Under the pieces are notes generated by a model. It did not search any database. It had not been told where the DNA came from and saw nothing but the letters and a program-made list of their open reading frames with translations. The position numbers were made by a program, and so were the translations under genes. Source: Nocardioidaceae bacterium (GTDB lineage Bacteria > Actinomycetota > Actinomycetes > Propionibacteriales > Nocardioidaceae). From it: a stretch of DNA of 64,000 nucleotides. Positions 25,489-34,971 of this stretch are shown piece by piece; positions within the stretch are counted from its first letter, which is position 1; the number at the start of each line of letters is the position of its first letter. The stretch is taken from the NCBI GenBank assembly GCA_035557095.1, contig DATMEB010000132.1, positions 8,938 to 72,937 of the forward strand, written 5' to 3'.

Positions 25489-26870
25489 CCCACGATCTCG
25501 GCAACAGCCTCGGTGAGCCCCTGGTACGCCGCCACCGCCACGAAGACGGCGATGAGCCCGAGGGCGAGGTTGCCCTTCCAGGTGTTCACGTGGTCGCCCA
25601 TGATCCCGCGCTTGTTCAGCATCATGATCATCCCGATGACGATCACCAGCAGGAACGGGGAGGTCAGCACGTGTGAGACGACCACGAGGACGATGAAGCC
25701 GGGGGCCCCGGGCAGGGACCAGACCACGGCCGCCAGCCCCCACGCGATCATCACCTTGTAGATCGGGTCAGCGCTCGCTTCGTCTCCGTACCGGCGCGCA
25801 CGTGCCGGCCGGGTCACGTGTACTGCCTCCACGGTCATCTTGCCGAGCGCGAAGATGGAACCGGTGACGGTGGTCCAGGCCGCTCCCAGTAGTCCCAGGT
25901 AGAACAGGTACGGCCCGATCGGGCCGATGGCCGTGCCGAGCGCGTTGGCGATGTCGGAGGGGTCCTCGATGCCGCTGCCGTCGCCGTGGATGACCTCGGC
26001 GCCGACTGCCCAGATGGACACGCCGAGGAACAGCACGATGAACGTGCCGAACAGCAGGTCGTACTGCTGCACGCGCCGGTGCGCCGGAGTGGTCCAGCCC
26101 TTCTCGCGCAGGAACTGCGGGTAGAACAGGTTGGCCATCGAGCCGAGGGTGGCCAGTACCAGGCTCGACGCGACCAGGCTGGAGTCGAACAGCCCCGACT
26201 GCGCCGGCAGGTCGAACGCGAAGCCCTGCACGAGCTCACCCCAGTCGATGCCGACGAGGGCGATCGCCAACACGAAGGACGCGACCATGACCGCGAGGAT
26301 GACCTTGAAGAGCTGCTCGATGAGCCGGTAGACGCCCTTGAAGGTCACCAGGAACACCGAGGCGGCACCCACGAGGGTCCACACGAACCGGGACGGGCCG
26401 CCGAACAGGCCCTCCAGCGCGACCCCCACCCCGCTGAGCGTGAAGGCCATCAGGATGTGGGTGTAGATGACGAACGAGATCATCATCAGCCAGCCGAAGG
26501 CCGGGTGGGTCCGGGCGAACCCACGCACCAGGCTGGGGTCGCGCTGCCGGTTGTAGAGGGGGTACTTCCCGAGGCTGTTCACGAACAGGAACCGGAAGAC
26601 CAGCGACAGCGGCAGCACCCACAGCAGTGCGTACCCGTAGTTGGCGCCGGCGACGGAGTTGTCCACCAGGTCGCCGGTTCCGACCCAGCTGAGCGCCACC
26701 ACGATGCCCGGGCCGAACGACTTCACGTACCCCGCGAACGACCCCGCAACGGGGGCGGGCGACGTCACCTCCGTGGCAGAGGACGGGGGCACCGGGATCC
26801 CGAAGTCGGGGACACCTCCACGGGTCTGGGTCGTCGTGCCAACCTCGGCCGAGTCTTCGGTCTGGGCCAT
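25485..26870 (-). CDS. NRAMP-family divalent metal cation transporter (MntH-like)
   Basis: KSFGPGIVVALSWVGTGDLVDNSVAGANYGYALLW (NRAMP DPGN-like region) and 11-12 TM segments. AAGGAG RBS. Confidence 0.75.
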   Translation of the reverse strand: MAQTEDSAEVGTTTQTRGGVPDFGIPVPPSSATEVTSPAPVAGSFAGYVKSFGPGIVVALSWVGTGDLVDNSVAGANYGYALLWVLPLSLVFRFLFVNSLGKYPLYNRQRDPSLVRGFARTHPAFGWLMMISFVIYTHILMAFTLSGVGVALEGLFGGPSRFVWTLVGAASVFLVTFKGVYRLIEQLFKVILAVMVASFVLAIALVGIDWGELVQGFAFDLPAQSGLFDSSLVASSLVLATLGSMANLFYPQFLREKGWTTPAHRRVQQYDLLFGTFIVLFLGVSIWAVGAEVIHGDGSGIEDPSDIANALGTAIGPIGPYLFYLGLLGAAWTTVTGSIFALGKMTVEAVHVTRPARARRYGDEASADPIYKVMIAWGLAAVVWSLPGAPGFIVLVVVSHVLTSPFLLVIVIGMIMMLNKRGIMGDHVNTWKGNLALGLIAVFVAVAAYQGLTEAVAEIVG

Positions 26871-26942
26871 CGGTCACTCCTTCGTGCCCGCTCTCCGCGC
26901 TGCCGATGAGGCAGGGAGTGGACGGTGGTGAGGTTGGTATGC

Positions 26943-26952
26943 TGGTATACCG
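26943..26952. promoter_or_regulatory. TGGTATACC box (GGTATACC palindrome, preceded by a TTGGTAT half-repeat); candidate GntR operator
   Basis: Sequence TTGGTATGCTGGTATACCGCAA lies in the divergent NRAMP/2-hydroxyacid dehydrogenase intergenic region. The same 9-mer recurs at 29419-29427. Confidence 0.45.
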
Positions 26953-26982
26953 CAATCTCAGTCACAGGGGAAGGCCTCGTCG

Positions 26983-27915
26983 ATGACCGCTGCGGCTTCG
27001 GCCCGGATCGCGCTCGGACCCGACGGCGCCGACACCGGCACGGTGGCGGTCGTCGAGCAGGCCGGCGGTGAGGTCGTTGCCCTGGCCGACGCCGAGGCGC
27101 TGGTGTGGACGGTCTCGGACCCGACGGGCTTTCCGGCCGACCTGCCCGACGACATCCGCTGGGTGCAGCTGCCGTCGGCCGGCATCGAGGCCTGGCTCGC
27201 CCGGGGGCTGGTCGACACCAGGCGCACCTGGACCTCCGCTATCGGCGCCTACGCGCGACCGGTGGCCGAGCACGCGGTCGCCCTGCTGCTCGCCGGCCTG
27301 CGGCAGCTGCCCGCCGCTCTGGCCGCGGACACCTGGCGCAAGCATGAGCTGATGCCGGCGACCCGCACGCTTTCGGGAAGCCGGGTCGGCATCTACGGAG
27401 CAGGCTCGATCGCGCGGGCGATGATCCCCGTCCTTGCCGCCCTCGGCGCAGAGACGGTGGCCGTGAACCGGTCGGGCCGGCCCGTGCCCGGCGCAGTCAC
27501 GACGATGGCGGCCGCCGAGGCCGGCGGGTTCTGGGGCAGTGTCGACCACGTGCTGGTCGCCGCTCCGGCGACCAGCGAGACCCGTCACCTGGTGGGGGCG
27601 GCCGAGCTTGAGCAGATGCGCGGTCACGCCTGGCTGGTCAACGTCGCACGAGGGTCGCTGGTCGACACCGACGCGCTGCTGCCGGCCCTCGACGCCGGGC
27701 GCATCGCCGGCGTCGCGCTGGACGTGACCGAGCCCGAGCCGTTGCCGCAGGGGCACTGGCTGTTCGGCCATCCCCGGGCGATCGTCACACCGCACATCGC
27801 CAACCCCGCGAGCACGCTGGTCCAGGGCTTGCACGACCGCATCTCCGAGAACGTCTCCCGCTTCGTGCGCGGAGAAGGGCTCGTGGGGATCGTCGACCTC
27901 GATTCCGGTTACTGA
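26983..27915 (+). CDS. D-isomer-specific 2-hydroxyacid dehydrogenase family, NAD-binding
   Basis: VGIYGAGSIARAM (GxGxxG), LVNVARGSLVD and ALDVTEPEPLP...TPHIAN catalytic region. Confidence 0.85.
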   Translation: MTAAASARIALGPDGADTGTVAVVEQAGGEVVALADAEALVWTVSDPTGFPADLPDDIRWVQLPSAGIEAWLARGLVDTRRTWTSAIGAYARPVAEHAVALLLAGLRQLPAALAADTWRKHELMPATRTLSGSRVGIYGAGSIARAMIPVLAALGAETVAVNRSGRPVPGAVTTMAAAEAGGFWGSVDHVLVAAPATSETRHLVGAAELEQMRGHAWLVNVARGSLVDTDALLPALDAGRIAGVALDVTEPEPLPQGHWLFGHPRAIVTPHIANPASTLVQGLHDRISENVSRFVRGEGLVGIVDLDSGY

Positions 27916-27950
27916 AGCCAGAGAACACACAGAGACGGGGTGCCACCGAC

Positions 27951-28685
27951 ATGACGACGGCAACGCGGAACGGGACGCCAGACGCTGCCCTGAGCGACCA
28001 GACGTGGGCACGCCTCGCCACGGTGAGCACGGCGACGGTGTCCACGCAGCTGATGGCCCGCGGTCTGCGGTCGGCGTTCATGATCGGGCCCCAGCGACTC
28101 AACCCCGACCAGCCGCGGATGGTGGGCGAGGCGTTCACCCTGCGGTGCATCCCCGCCCGCGAGGACATCGACGTGCTCTCGGTCTACTCCGACTACGACC
28201 ATCCGCAGCGGCGAGCGATCGAGCAGGCGCCGCCGGGGTCGGTGCTGGTCGTGGACGCGCGCGGCAAGACCAGGGCCGCCTCGCTCGGGCACATCCTGGC
28301 GACCCGCTTCAAGAAGCGGGGCGGTGCCGGCATCGTCACCGATGGCGCGGTGCGCGACGCCGAGGGCTTCGAGCAGCTGGATCTGCCGACGTTCGCCGCC
28401 GGGTCCTCGCCGACGACCAACCTCGCGCAGCACCACGCAGTGGACCTGCAGGTACCCATCGGATGTGGCGAGGTGGCGGTCTATCCCGGAGACGTCGTGA
28501 TCGGAGACCGGGACGGGGTCGTCTGCATCCCGCGACACCTTGCCGAGGAGGTTGCGCGCGACGCCGCCGAGCAGGAGCGGCTCGAGGACTTCGTGCTGAG
28601 CCGGATCGAGGAGGGCCGCTCGCTGCGTGGCACCTACCCGCCCGACTCCGAGACGCGTGCGGAGTACGAGGCGCAGCGTGGTTAG
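27951..28685 (+). CDS. RraA-family protein (4-hydroxy-4-methyl-2-oxoglutarate aldolase/oxaloacetate decarboxylase-like)
   Basis: ASLGHILATRFKKRGGAGIVTDGAVRD and GDVVIGDRDGVVCIP are typical RraA/HMG-aldolase motifs. Confidence 0.75.
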   Translation: MTTATRNGTPDAALSDQTWARLATVSTATVSTQLMARGLRSAFMIGPQRLNPDQPRMVGEAFTLRCIPAREDIDVLSVYSDYDHPQRRAIEQAPPGSVLVVDARGKTRAASLGHILATRFKKRGGAGIVTDGAVRDAEGFEQLDLPTFAAGSSPTTNLAQHHAVDLQVPIGCGEVAVYPGDVVIGDRDGVVCIPRHLAEEVARDAAEQERLEDFVLSRIEEGRSLRGTYPPDSETRAEYEAQRG

Positions 28686-28707
28686 TGCCCCGGCCCTAGC
28701 CCCGGCG

Positions 28708-29412
28708 CTAGGTGCGGTTCGCCGGCTCGTCGGCCGCGATCCGCTCGAGGGAGTGGCTGATGTGGCTGTGCATGAGCTGCGCGGTCTCGTCGGCCTTGCC
28801 GGCTCCGGCCAGCCGCAGCATCTCCCGGTGCTCCTCGTGCTCGGCCCCGGCGGTCATCCTGATCTCCCAGAACACGTTCAGGGTCGCCAGCGCGGTGAGG
28901 TCCTGCATGGCGTCGAGGGTCGCCACCACCAACGGGTTCGAGCAGGGGGAGTACAGCGCGCGGTGGAACTGCCGGTTCGCCAGGGCCATCGCCGTCCAGT
29001 CCTCGGCGGCGAGATGCGTGGAGCCCTGCGCGCACAGCCACTCGGCCGCCGAGACGTCGATCCGACCGGATCGGATCGACTGTGCCGTCGCCCACGGCTC
29101 GAGCAGGACGCGCTGCTCGTACACGTGCCGCGCGTCCGCGCGCGTCATGCGGCGTACCCGCACTCCGCGGTTGCGGGTCGGGGTCACCAGGCCGGAGTTG
29201 CTCAGCTGGATCAGTGCCTCACGCACCGGTGTCTTCGAGACGCCCAGCTGCTCGGCGATGCGTCGCTCCACGAGTACCTCGTCCGCGGCCAGCCGACCGG
29301 ACAGAATCGCCTCGCGCATCGACGAGGCCACCAGGTCGGTCTGCGTCGTGGGCCTGCCCAGCGGCGGGAGCAGCGACGGCGCCTGCGGCAGCAGGCTCTC
29401 GTTGAACGGCAT
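28708..29412 (-). CDS. GntR-family regulator, FadR subfamily
   Basis: VERRIAEQLGVSKTPVREALIQLSNSGLV wHTH plus an FCD-like helical domain. Start at ATG 29412, aa 76 of the track ORF. Confidence 0.85.
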   Translation of the reverse strand: MPFNESLLPQAPSLLPPLGRPTTQTDLVASSMREAILSGRLAADEVLVERRIAEQLGVSKTPVREALIQLSNSGLVTPTRNRGVRVRRMTRADARHVYEQRVLLEPWATAQSIRSGRIDVSAAEWLCAQGSTHLAAEDWTAMALANRQFHRALYSPCSNPLVVATLDAMQDLTALATLNVFWEIRMTAGAEHEEHREMLRLAGAGKADETAQLMHSHISHSLERIAADEPANRT

Positions 29413-29418
29413 CGTTGT

Positions 29419-29428
29419 TGGTATACCA
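29419..29428. promoter_or_regulatory. Perfect 10-bp palindrome TGGTATACCA; candidate autoregulatory GntR operator
   Basis: Lies 7 nt upstream of the GntR start codon and 46 nt upstream of the divergent DapA-like gene. Shares TGGTATACC with 26943-26951. Confidence 0.5.
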
Positions 29429-29473
29429 CAACACCACGCGCAGGCCGGTCGCTTCGAAGGGCAGGAGGTCGCG

Positions 29474-30409
29474 ATGAGCGCGGAGCTCGGTGAGCTGCGG
29501 ACGTTGCTGCAGGACGTGGTCGCCATCCCGGTCACGCCGTTCGGGTCGAACGGCGGCATCGCCGAGGCGACGTTTCGTTCCCTGGTGGAGCGGATGGCCC
29601 ACGCCGGCATCTCGGTACTCACGGCCGGTGGCAACACCGGGGAGTACTACGCGTTGAGTGCGGCCGAACGGCGGCGGGTCGTCGAGCTGACGGTGCAGGC
29701 GGCGCCGGGAGCAACGGTGGTCGCCGGCGTCGGTCTCGACCTGACCACGGCGATCGCCGAGGCGCAAGCTGCCCGGGCCGCCGGTGCGCACTGCCTGATG
29801 GTGCATCAGCCGGTGCACCCGTTCCGGTCCGTGCAGGGCTGGGTCGACTACCACGCTGCGATCGCCCGCTCCGTGCCTGGCCTCGCCCTGATCCCCTACG
29901 TCAAGGACGACCGGATCGATGCGGCGGCGATCCACGCGCTGGCGGCCGCGTGTCCCGCGTTGGTGGCGGTCAAGTACGCCGTGCCGGACGCGGTCAGGTT
30001 CGCCGCGCTGGTCGAGGACACCGCGTCGCTGGAGCTGGTGTGGCTGTGCGGACTGGCCGAGTACTGGGCGCCGTTCTTCGCTGTCGGCGGCAGCCAGGGG
30101 TTCACTTCCGGACTCACGACCATCGACCCGCCACGCAGCCGAGGTTTGTTGGCGGCCCTGCGCTCGGGTGACCACGCCGCGGCCCGCGAGCAGTGGAGCC
30201 AGATCCGCCGGTTCGAGGAGCTGCGCGCCGCCCAGGGCTCGCAGCACAACGTCTCCGTGGTCAAGGAGGCGCTCGCCCAGCTGGGACTGTGCGAACGCAC
30301 GGTCCGGCCCCCGCTCTCGGAGGTGCCGGCGTCGACGGCTGACGAGGTCGCCGCGATCCTGCACCGCTGGGGAATACCTGGGCGGGCGGCGGCCGGGAAG
30401 AGCGCCTGA
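29474..30409 (+). CDS. Dihydrodipicolinate synthase (DapA/NAL) family lyase/dehydratase
   Basis: TAGGNTGEYYALS (GxTGE motif) and Schiff-base Lys context LVAVKYA. AGGAGG RBS before ATG 29474. Confidence 0.8.
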   Translation: MSAELGELRTLLQDVVAIPVTPFGSNGGIAEATFRSLVERMAHAGISVLTAGGNTGEYYALSAAERRRVVELTVQAAPGATVVAGVGLDLTTAIAEAQAARAAGAHCLMVHQPVHPFRSVQGWVDYHAAIARSVPGLALIPYVKDDRIDAAAIHALAAACPALVAVKYAVPDAVRFAALVEDTASLELVWLCGLAEYWAPFFAVGGSQGFTSGLTTIDPPRSRGLLAALRSGDHAAAREQWSQIRRFEELRAAQGSQHNVSVVKEALAQLGLCERTVRPPLSEVPASTADEVAAILHRWGIPGRAAAGKSA

Positions 30410-30412
30410 ACG

Positions 30413-32086
30413 ATGATCGAGGGCAAGAGTGCCGGATCGCCGATGCGGCGAACAGGGACGAGAGGAAGCCGAGTCGTGGACGACAGTCGTCTGGGTGGCC
30501 ATGTGGTCGTCGAGCAGTTGCTGGAGCTGGGAGCGGACCTCGCGTTCGGTGTACCCGGCGAGAGCTACCTCGCCGTCCTCGACGGGTTGTACGACCACTC
30601 GGATCGGTTCCGGTTCGTCGTCACCAGGCACGAAGGCGGAGCCGCGATGATGGCGGCCGCCCACGGAAAGCTCACCGGCCGACCCGGCGTCGCGATGGTG
30701 ACGCGGGGGCCGGGTGCCACCAACGCCAGCATCGGCGTGCACATCGCCAGCCAGGACGCCAGCCCGATGCTGCTGCTCGTCGGCCAGGTGCCGACGACCA
30801 AGCTCGGTCGCCGCTCGTTCCAGGAGGTCGACTACCGCGCGATGTTCGGGCCGTTGGCCAAGGACGTCGTCCAGGTCGAGCTGGCAGACCGCATCCCCGA
30901 GCTCGTCGCCCGGGCGTACGGCATCGCCACCTCCGGCGAGCCCGGACCCGTCGTGGTCGCGCTGCCCGAGGACGTCCTGATGGCCTCGACGAGGGTCCCG
31001 CTGGCGGCTCCGTCGCCCACACCGTCCTTCGCCGTGGACGACAACGACGTCGCGCGGGTCGTCGAGCGCCTGGACCGTGCGCGTCGCCCGCTGGTCGTGG
31101 TGGGCGGCTCGCGGTGGACGCCGGACGCGGTCGAGTGGCTCCAGGCGTTCGCGGAGGGCGGCTCCCTGCCGGTGGCCACCGCGACTCGCAACCAGGACCT
31201 GATCGACAACGACTCGCCCGTCCACGTGGGGACACTCGGCCTGCGCACGACGCCTGGCCTGCCGCAGCTCGCGGCCGAGGCCGACGTCGTCCTGCTCATC
31301 GGAAGCAGGCCCGACGGCCTGACCACCGAGGACGGGGACTGGCTGACGGCGCCCCAGCCCGACCAGGCCCTCCTGCACGTGCACCCGGGTCCGGACGTCC
31401 TGAACAGCGTCTACCGGGCCGACATGGCGCTCGTGGCCGACCCGCCGGCCTTCCTGGAGACGCTGGTGAAGCGGCCGGTCCGCACCTCGGCAGACCGTGA
31501 CTGGCTGGAACGGCTGCGGGCCAACCTCAAGGTCGCGGCCGACACGCCCGCGGCCGGCGGCGACCCCGAGCCGTTCATGTCGGTGCTCAACGAACGGGTC
31601 TCCGCTGACGCCGTCGTGACTGCCGGAGCCGGTGCCTACACCGTCTGGCACCAGCGCTTCCACCGTTACGTCCGGTTTCCCTCGCAGCTGGCCAGCCAGT
31701 CCGGGGCGATGGGGTACGGCCTGCCCGCCGCCATCGCGGCCAAGCTGGCCGACCCGCGCCGGGAGGTGGTGGCCTTCGCAGGTGACGGGTGCTTCGCGAT
31801 GACGGGTCAGGAGCTGTCGACCGCTGCCCGGTACGGCCTCGACATCACGGTGGTCGTGGTCAACAACGAGGTCTACGGCACCATCCGCGGCCATCAGCAG
31901 CGGGTCTTTCCCGGTCGTCCCAGCGGCACCGGCCTGGAGAACCCCGACTTCGCCGCGCTGGCGCGTGCCCACGGCGCCTACGGCGCGACGGCGAGCACCC
32001 CGGCAGAGTTCGCCGCCGCCCTCGACGGTCGGCCGAACGACGGCCGGACCCCCTCCCTGATCGAGGTGCGGTTCCCCTACACATGA
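30413..32086 (+). CDS. Thiamine-diphosphate-dependent enzyme (acetolactate synthase large-subunit-like)
   Basis: VVEQLLELGADLAFGVPGESYL, RHEGGAAMMA and the ThDP motif GDGCFAMTGQELSTAARYGLDITVVVVNN. Start uncertain: ATG 30413, ATG 30443 or GTG 30476. Confidence 0.8.
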   Translation: MIEGKSAGSPMRRTGTRGSRVVDDSRLGGHVVVEQLLELGADLAFGVPGESYLAVLDGLYDHSDRFRFVVTRHEGGAAMMAAAHGKLTGRPGVAMVTRGPGATNASIGVHIASQDASPMLLLVGQVPTTKLGRRSFQEVDYRAMFGPLAKDVVQVELADRIPELVARAYGIATSGEPGPVVVALPEDVLMASTRVPLAAPSPTPSFAVDDNDVARVVERLDRARRPLVVVGGSRWTPDAVEWLQAFAEGGSLPVATATRNQDLIDNDSPVHVGTLGLRTTPGLPQLAAEADVVLLIGSRPDGLTTEDGDWLTAPQPDQALLHVHPGPDVLNSVYRADMALVADPPAFLETLVKRPVRTSADRDWLERLRANLKVAADTPAAGGDPEPFMSVLNERVSADAVVTAGAGAYTVWHQRFHRYVRFPSQLASQSGAMGYGLPAAIAAKLADPRREVVAFAGDGCFAMTGQELSTAARYGLDITVVVVNNEVYGTIRGHQQRVFPGRPSGTGLENPDFAALARAHGAYGATASTPAEFAAALDGRPNDGRTPSLIEVRFPYT

Positions 32087-32116
32087 CGTGTGCGCGACCG
32101 TCCCGGCGCAGCCGGA

Positions 32117-33115
32117 TCAGCCCCCGATGAAGCCCTTCTTCTGCAACCACGTCTGAGCAGCGTCCTCGGGTTGCAGGCCCTCGATGTCGACCTCGGCGTT
32201 GAGCTGCTGGATGGCTTCCTCGTCGAGCTGGGCGGCGATGGGGTTCATGACCTTGGCGATGTCGGGGTTCTTGGCCAGGACGTCCTTGTTGACGGTCACG
32301 GCGGGGTTGTAGACGGGGAAGAAGTGCTTGTCGTCCTCCAGGATCGTGAGGTCGAGTGACTGGATGCGGCCGTCGACCGAGGTCATGTCGCCGAAGTTGC
32401 ACGGGTCGCTCTTGGAGACCGCCTGCGGGATCGCGCCCTCGGCGATGGTGGACACGGAGCTCGCCGGAAGGGCGAAGCCGTACTTCTTCTCCAGGCCGGG
32501 GAGGCCGTCGTTGCGTGCCTCGAACTCGGTGTTCACGCACATCGACGCCTGAGCGGGGTCGGAGTTGGCGAGCTTCGCGTAGTCGGACAGCGTGCTGACA
32601 TCGAGCTTCTGCGCCACGGAGCTGGCCACCGCGATCGCGTAGGTGCTGTTGTACTTGGCGGGGTCGAGCCACTCGAGATCGTTCTCGGCCAGGTCCTCGC
32701 GGGCGACGGCGTTGTACTGCCTGGTCGCGTCCGGCACCGGGTCGGTGTGCTTGAGGTAGCCGATCCAGGCGGTGCCGGTGTACTCCCAGTAGAGGTCGAT
32801 CTCGCCGGAGGTCAGTGCGGTGCGGGTGGTGTCGCTACCGGACAGCCCGCAGCTGCGTTCGATGTCCGCGCCGGCCGACTCCAGTGCCTGCGCGGTGATC
32901 TCGCAGAGGATCAGCTGCTCGGTGAACTCCTTCGACCCCACGGTGATGGTCGCCCCGTCGAGCGACGCGTCCTTCGCCAGGCTGCCGGCCTCGGCGGTCG
33001 TCGTCTCGCTGTCGAGGGCGCAGCCGGTGAGGAGCAGGCCGAGCGAGGCGACCGCGGTGGCGGTCCCCAGCAGTGGCTTCCGCAGGTTCGGGAGTCGGTT
33101 CACGAGGGGTGACAT
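32117..33115 (-). CDS. Osmoprotectant/quaternary-amine-type ABC substrate-binding lipoprotein (OpuCC/OsmX-like)
   Basis: Lipobox LLLTGC after a signal peptide. ITVGSKEFTEQLILCEI and DLYWEYTGTAW are typical of the OpuBC/ProX-type fold. Confidence 0.75.
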   Translation of the reverse strand: MSPLVNRLPNLRKPLLGTATAVASLGLLLTGCALDSETTTAEAGSLAKDASLDGATITVGSKEFTEQLILCEITAQALESAGADIERSCGLSGSDTTRTALTSGEIDLYWEYTGTAWIGYLKHTDPVPDATRQYNAVAREDLAENDLEWLDPAKYNSTYAIAVASSVAQKLDVSTLSDYAKLANSDPAQASMCVNTEFEARNDGLPGLEKKYGFALPASSVSTIAEGAIPQAVSKSDPCNFGDMTSVDGRIQSLDLTILEDDKHFFPVYNPAVTVNKDVLAKNPDIAKVMNPIAAQLDEEAIQQLNAEVDIEGLQPEDAAQTWLQKKGFIGG

Positions 33116-33130
33116 GGGCAGATTCCTTTC

Positions 33131-33916
33131 CTAGAGCCCGCGGGGCCGCAGGACGCGTTCGGCGAGTCCGGCCAGCCAGTCGATGGCGAGTGCGAGGGCG
33201 GCGGTGAGGGCGCCCCCGGTGAGCAGGACCGGCATCCGGTCGAGCGCGATGCCTGTCTCGATGAGGTTTCCGAGGCCGCCGGCGTTGGTGTACGTCGCGA
33301 GCGCCGCGCTGCCGACGTTGAGGATGAGAGCGACCCGGACACCGGCCAGGATCACCGGCACGGCCAGCGGCAGCTCGACACGGAACAGCACGACGGTCTT
33401 GGACAACCCCATGCCGCGCGCGGCCTCGATCAGCGATGGGTCGACCGCGGTGAGGCCGACCATGGTGTTGCGCAGGACAGACAGGAACGAGATCGCCACC
33501 AGCGCGATGATCGCCATCTCGAAGCCGAAGCCGAACCAGATCGCGAGCAGCGCGAGGATGCCGATCGACGGCACCGCCTGCCCGAGGTTGGCCAGGGGGA
33601 GCACGAGTATCGACGCATGGCGCAGTCGCGGACGGGTGAGCAGCACCCCGAGCGGCACGGCGATGAGGATCACCAGTGCGCTGGACACGGCCACGAGCTG
33701 GAGGTGCTCGACGAGCCGGTTGGTGATCTCCTGCCGGTTGATCTCGCGGCGCTCGATGTCGTCGAGCGACTGGTTGTTCAGGTAGGCGTACAGCGCACCC
33801 AGCACGACAAGCAGCAGGGCAGGTGTGAAGACGAGGTCGAAGACGAAGCCGACGCCGCTGCGCTCCCGCTGCGGGGCAGCGGTCGTGCGCGTGGGGGAAC
33901 CGACGAGCTGTGTCAT
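33131..33916 (-). CDS. ABC transporter permease (OpuCB/OpuCD-like)
   Basis: Multi-TM with EAA loop IEAARGMGLSKTVVLFRVELPLA. Confidence 0.85.
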   Translation of the reverse strand: MTQLVGSPTRTTAAPQRERSGVGFVFDLVFTPALLLVVLGALYAYLNNQSLDDIERREINRQEITNRLVEHLQLVAVSSALVILIAVPLGVLLTRPRLRHASILVLPLANLGQAVPSIGILALLAIWFGFGFEMAIIALVAISFLSVLRNTMVGLTAVDPSLIEAARGMGLSKTVVLFRVELPLAVPVILAGVRVALILNVGSAALATYTNAGGLGNLIETGIALDRMPVLLTGGALTAALALAIDWLAGLAERVLRPRGL

Positions 33917-34971
33917 GGCCTGGTGCGCCCGTTGCCTGGCACGGGGGCGGCGGTGTGGTCGCCGGTGTGGTTGAGCACGGTGTGCCAGGCAAGTGCACCC
34001 AGGACCCGACCGTCCTCGTCGACGACGACGGCGACGTCGTCGTGTACGCGCAGCATCGCGTCCAGTGCCGCGTGCAGACTCTGGTCGTGGTGCACGACGG
34101 CGGCCGCACCCTGCCGATGGCGATCGGCGCGGACGTCGTCGAGCGGGTGCAGGGGCAGCGCGCCGACCTTCTCCAGCCCGAGCAGGCGCACGGCGGCTCC
34201 GGATCCGATGAACGACGCCACGAAGTCGTCACCGGGCTCGGCGAGGATGCGCGCCGGGGTGTCGTACTGCGCGATGCGGCCGTACTCACTGAAGATCGCG
34301 ATCCGGTCCCCGAGCTTCACCGCCTCCTGGATGTCGTGGGTGACGAACACGACGGTCTTGCGGATCTGCGCCTGCAGCTCCAGGAACTCGTCCTGCAGCC
34401 GGTCGCGGATGATCGGGTCGATCGCCCCGAACGGTTCGTCCATCAGCATGACCGGTGGGTCGGCCGCGAGCGCGCGGGCGACACCGACCCGCTGCTGCTG
34501 GCCTCCGGACAGCTGCTTGGGGTAGCGCGAGCGGTAGGTCTGCGGTTCCAGGCCGACGAGGTGCAACAGCTCGTCGACGCGTGCCCGGATCCGCTGCTTG
34601 TCCCAGCCCAGAGCGCGCGGGACAAGCGCGACGTTGGACGCGACGGTCAGGTGGGGGAGGAGGCCGACCTGCTGGATGACGTAGCCGATGTGACGGCGCA
34701 GCTCGTCGGCGTCGATGTCGGTGACGTCCCTGCCGTCGAGGATGATCCGGCCCGTCGTGGGCTCGATCAGCCGGTTGATCATCCGCATCGTCGTCGTCTT
34801 GCCGCATCCCGACGGACCCACCAGCACGACGATCTCGCCCTCGGCGATCTCCAGCGACAGCTCCTCGATCGCCGGTGAGCTCGAGCCGGGGTAGGTCTTG
34901 CTCACCCGGTCGAGCCGGATCATCGGGTTGGCCGGCGTACCGCCGGCCTGGTCGGAGCGCATGTCAGTCAC
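33913..34971 (-). CDS. ABC transporter ATP-binding protein with C-terminal CBS-like region (OpuCA/OsmV-like)
   Basis: GPSGCGKTT, LSGGQQQRVGVARAL, LMDEPFGAID and VTHD, plus a C-terminal extension. 4-nt overlap with the downstream permease gene. Confidence 0.9.
   Translation of the reverse strand: MTDMRSDQAGGTPANPMIRLDRVSKTYPGSSSPAIEELSLEIAEGEIVVLVGPSGCGKTTTMRMINRLIEPTTGRIILDGRDVTDIDADELRRHIGYVIQQVGLLPHLTVASNVALVPRALGWDKQRIRARVDELLHLVGLEPQTYRSRYPKQLSGGQQQRVGVARALAADPPVMLMDEPFGAIDPIIRDRLQDEFLELQAQIRKTVVFVTHDIQEAVKLGDRIAIFSEYGRIAQYDTPARILAEPGDDFVASFIGSGAAVRLLGLEKVGALPLHPLDDVRADRHRQGAAAVVHHDQSLHAALDAMLRVHDDVAVVVDEDGRVLGALAWHTVLNHTGDHTAAPVPGNGRTRP

Noticed and set aside
29219-31972. 917-aa ORF on the minus strand
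   Set aside because: It is entirely antisense to the DapA-like and ThDP-enzyme genes, which have clear family motifs. Its translation is Arg/Gly/Asp/His/Val-rich low-information sequence, typical of shadow ORFs in high-GC DNA.
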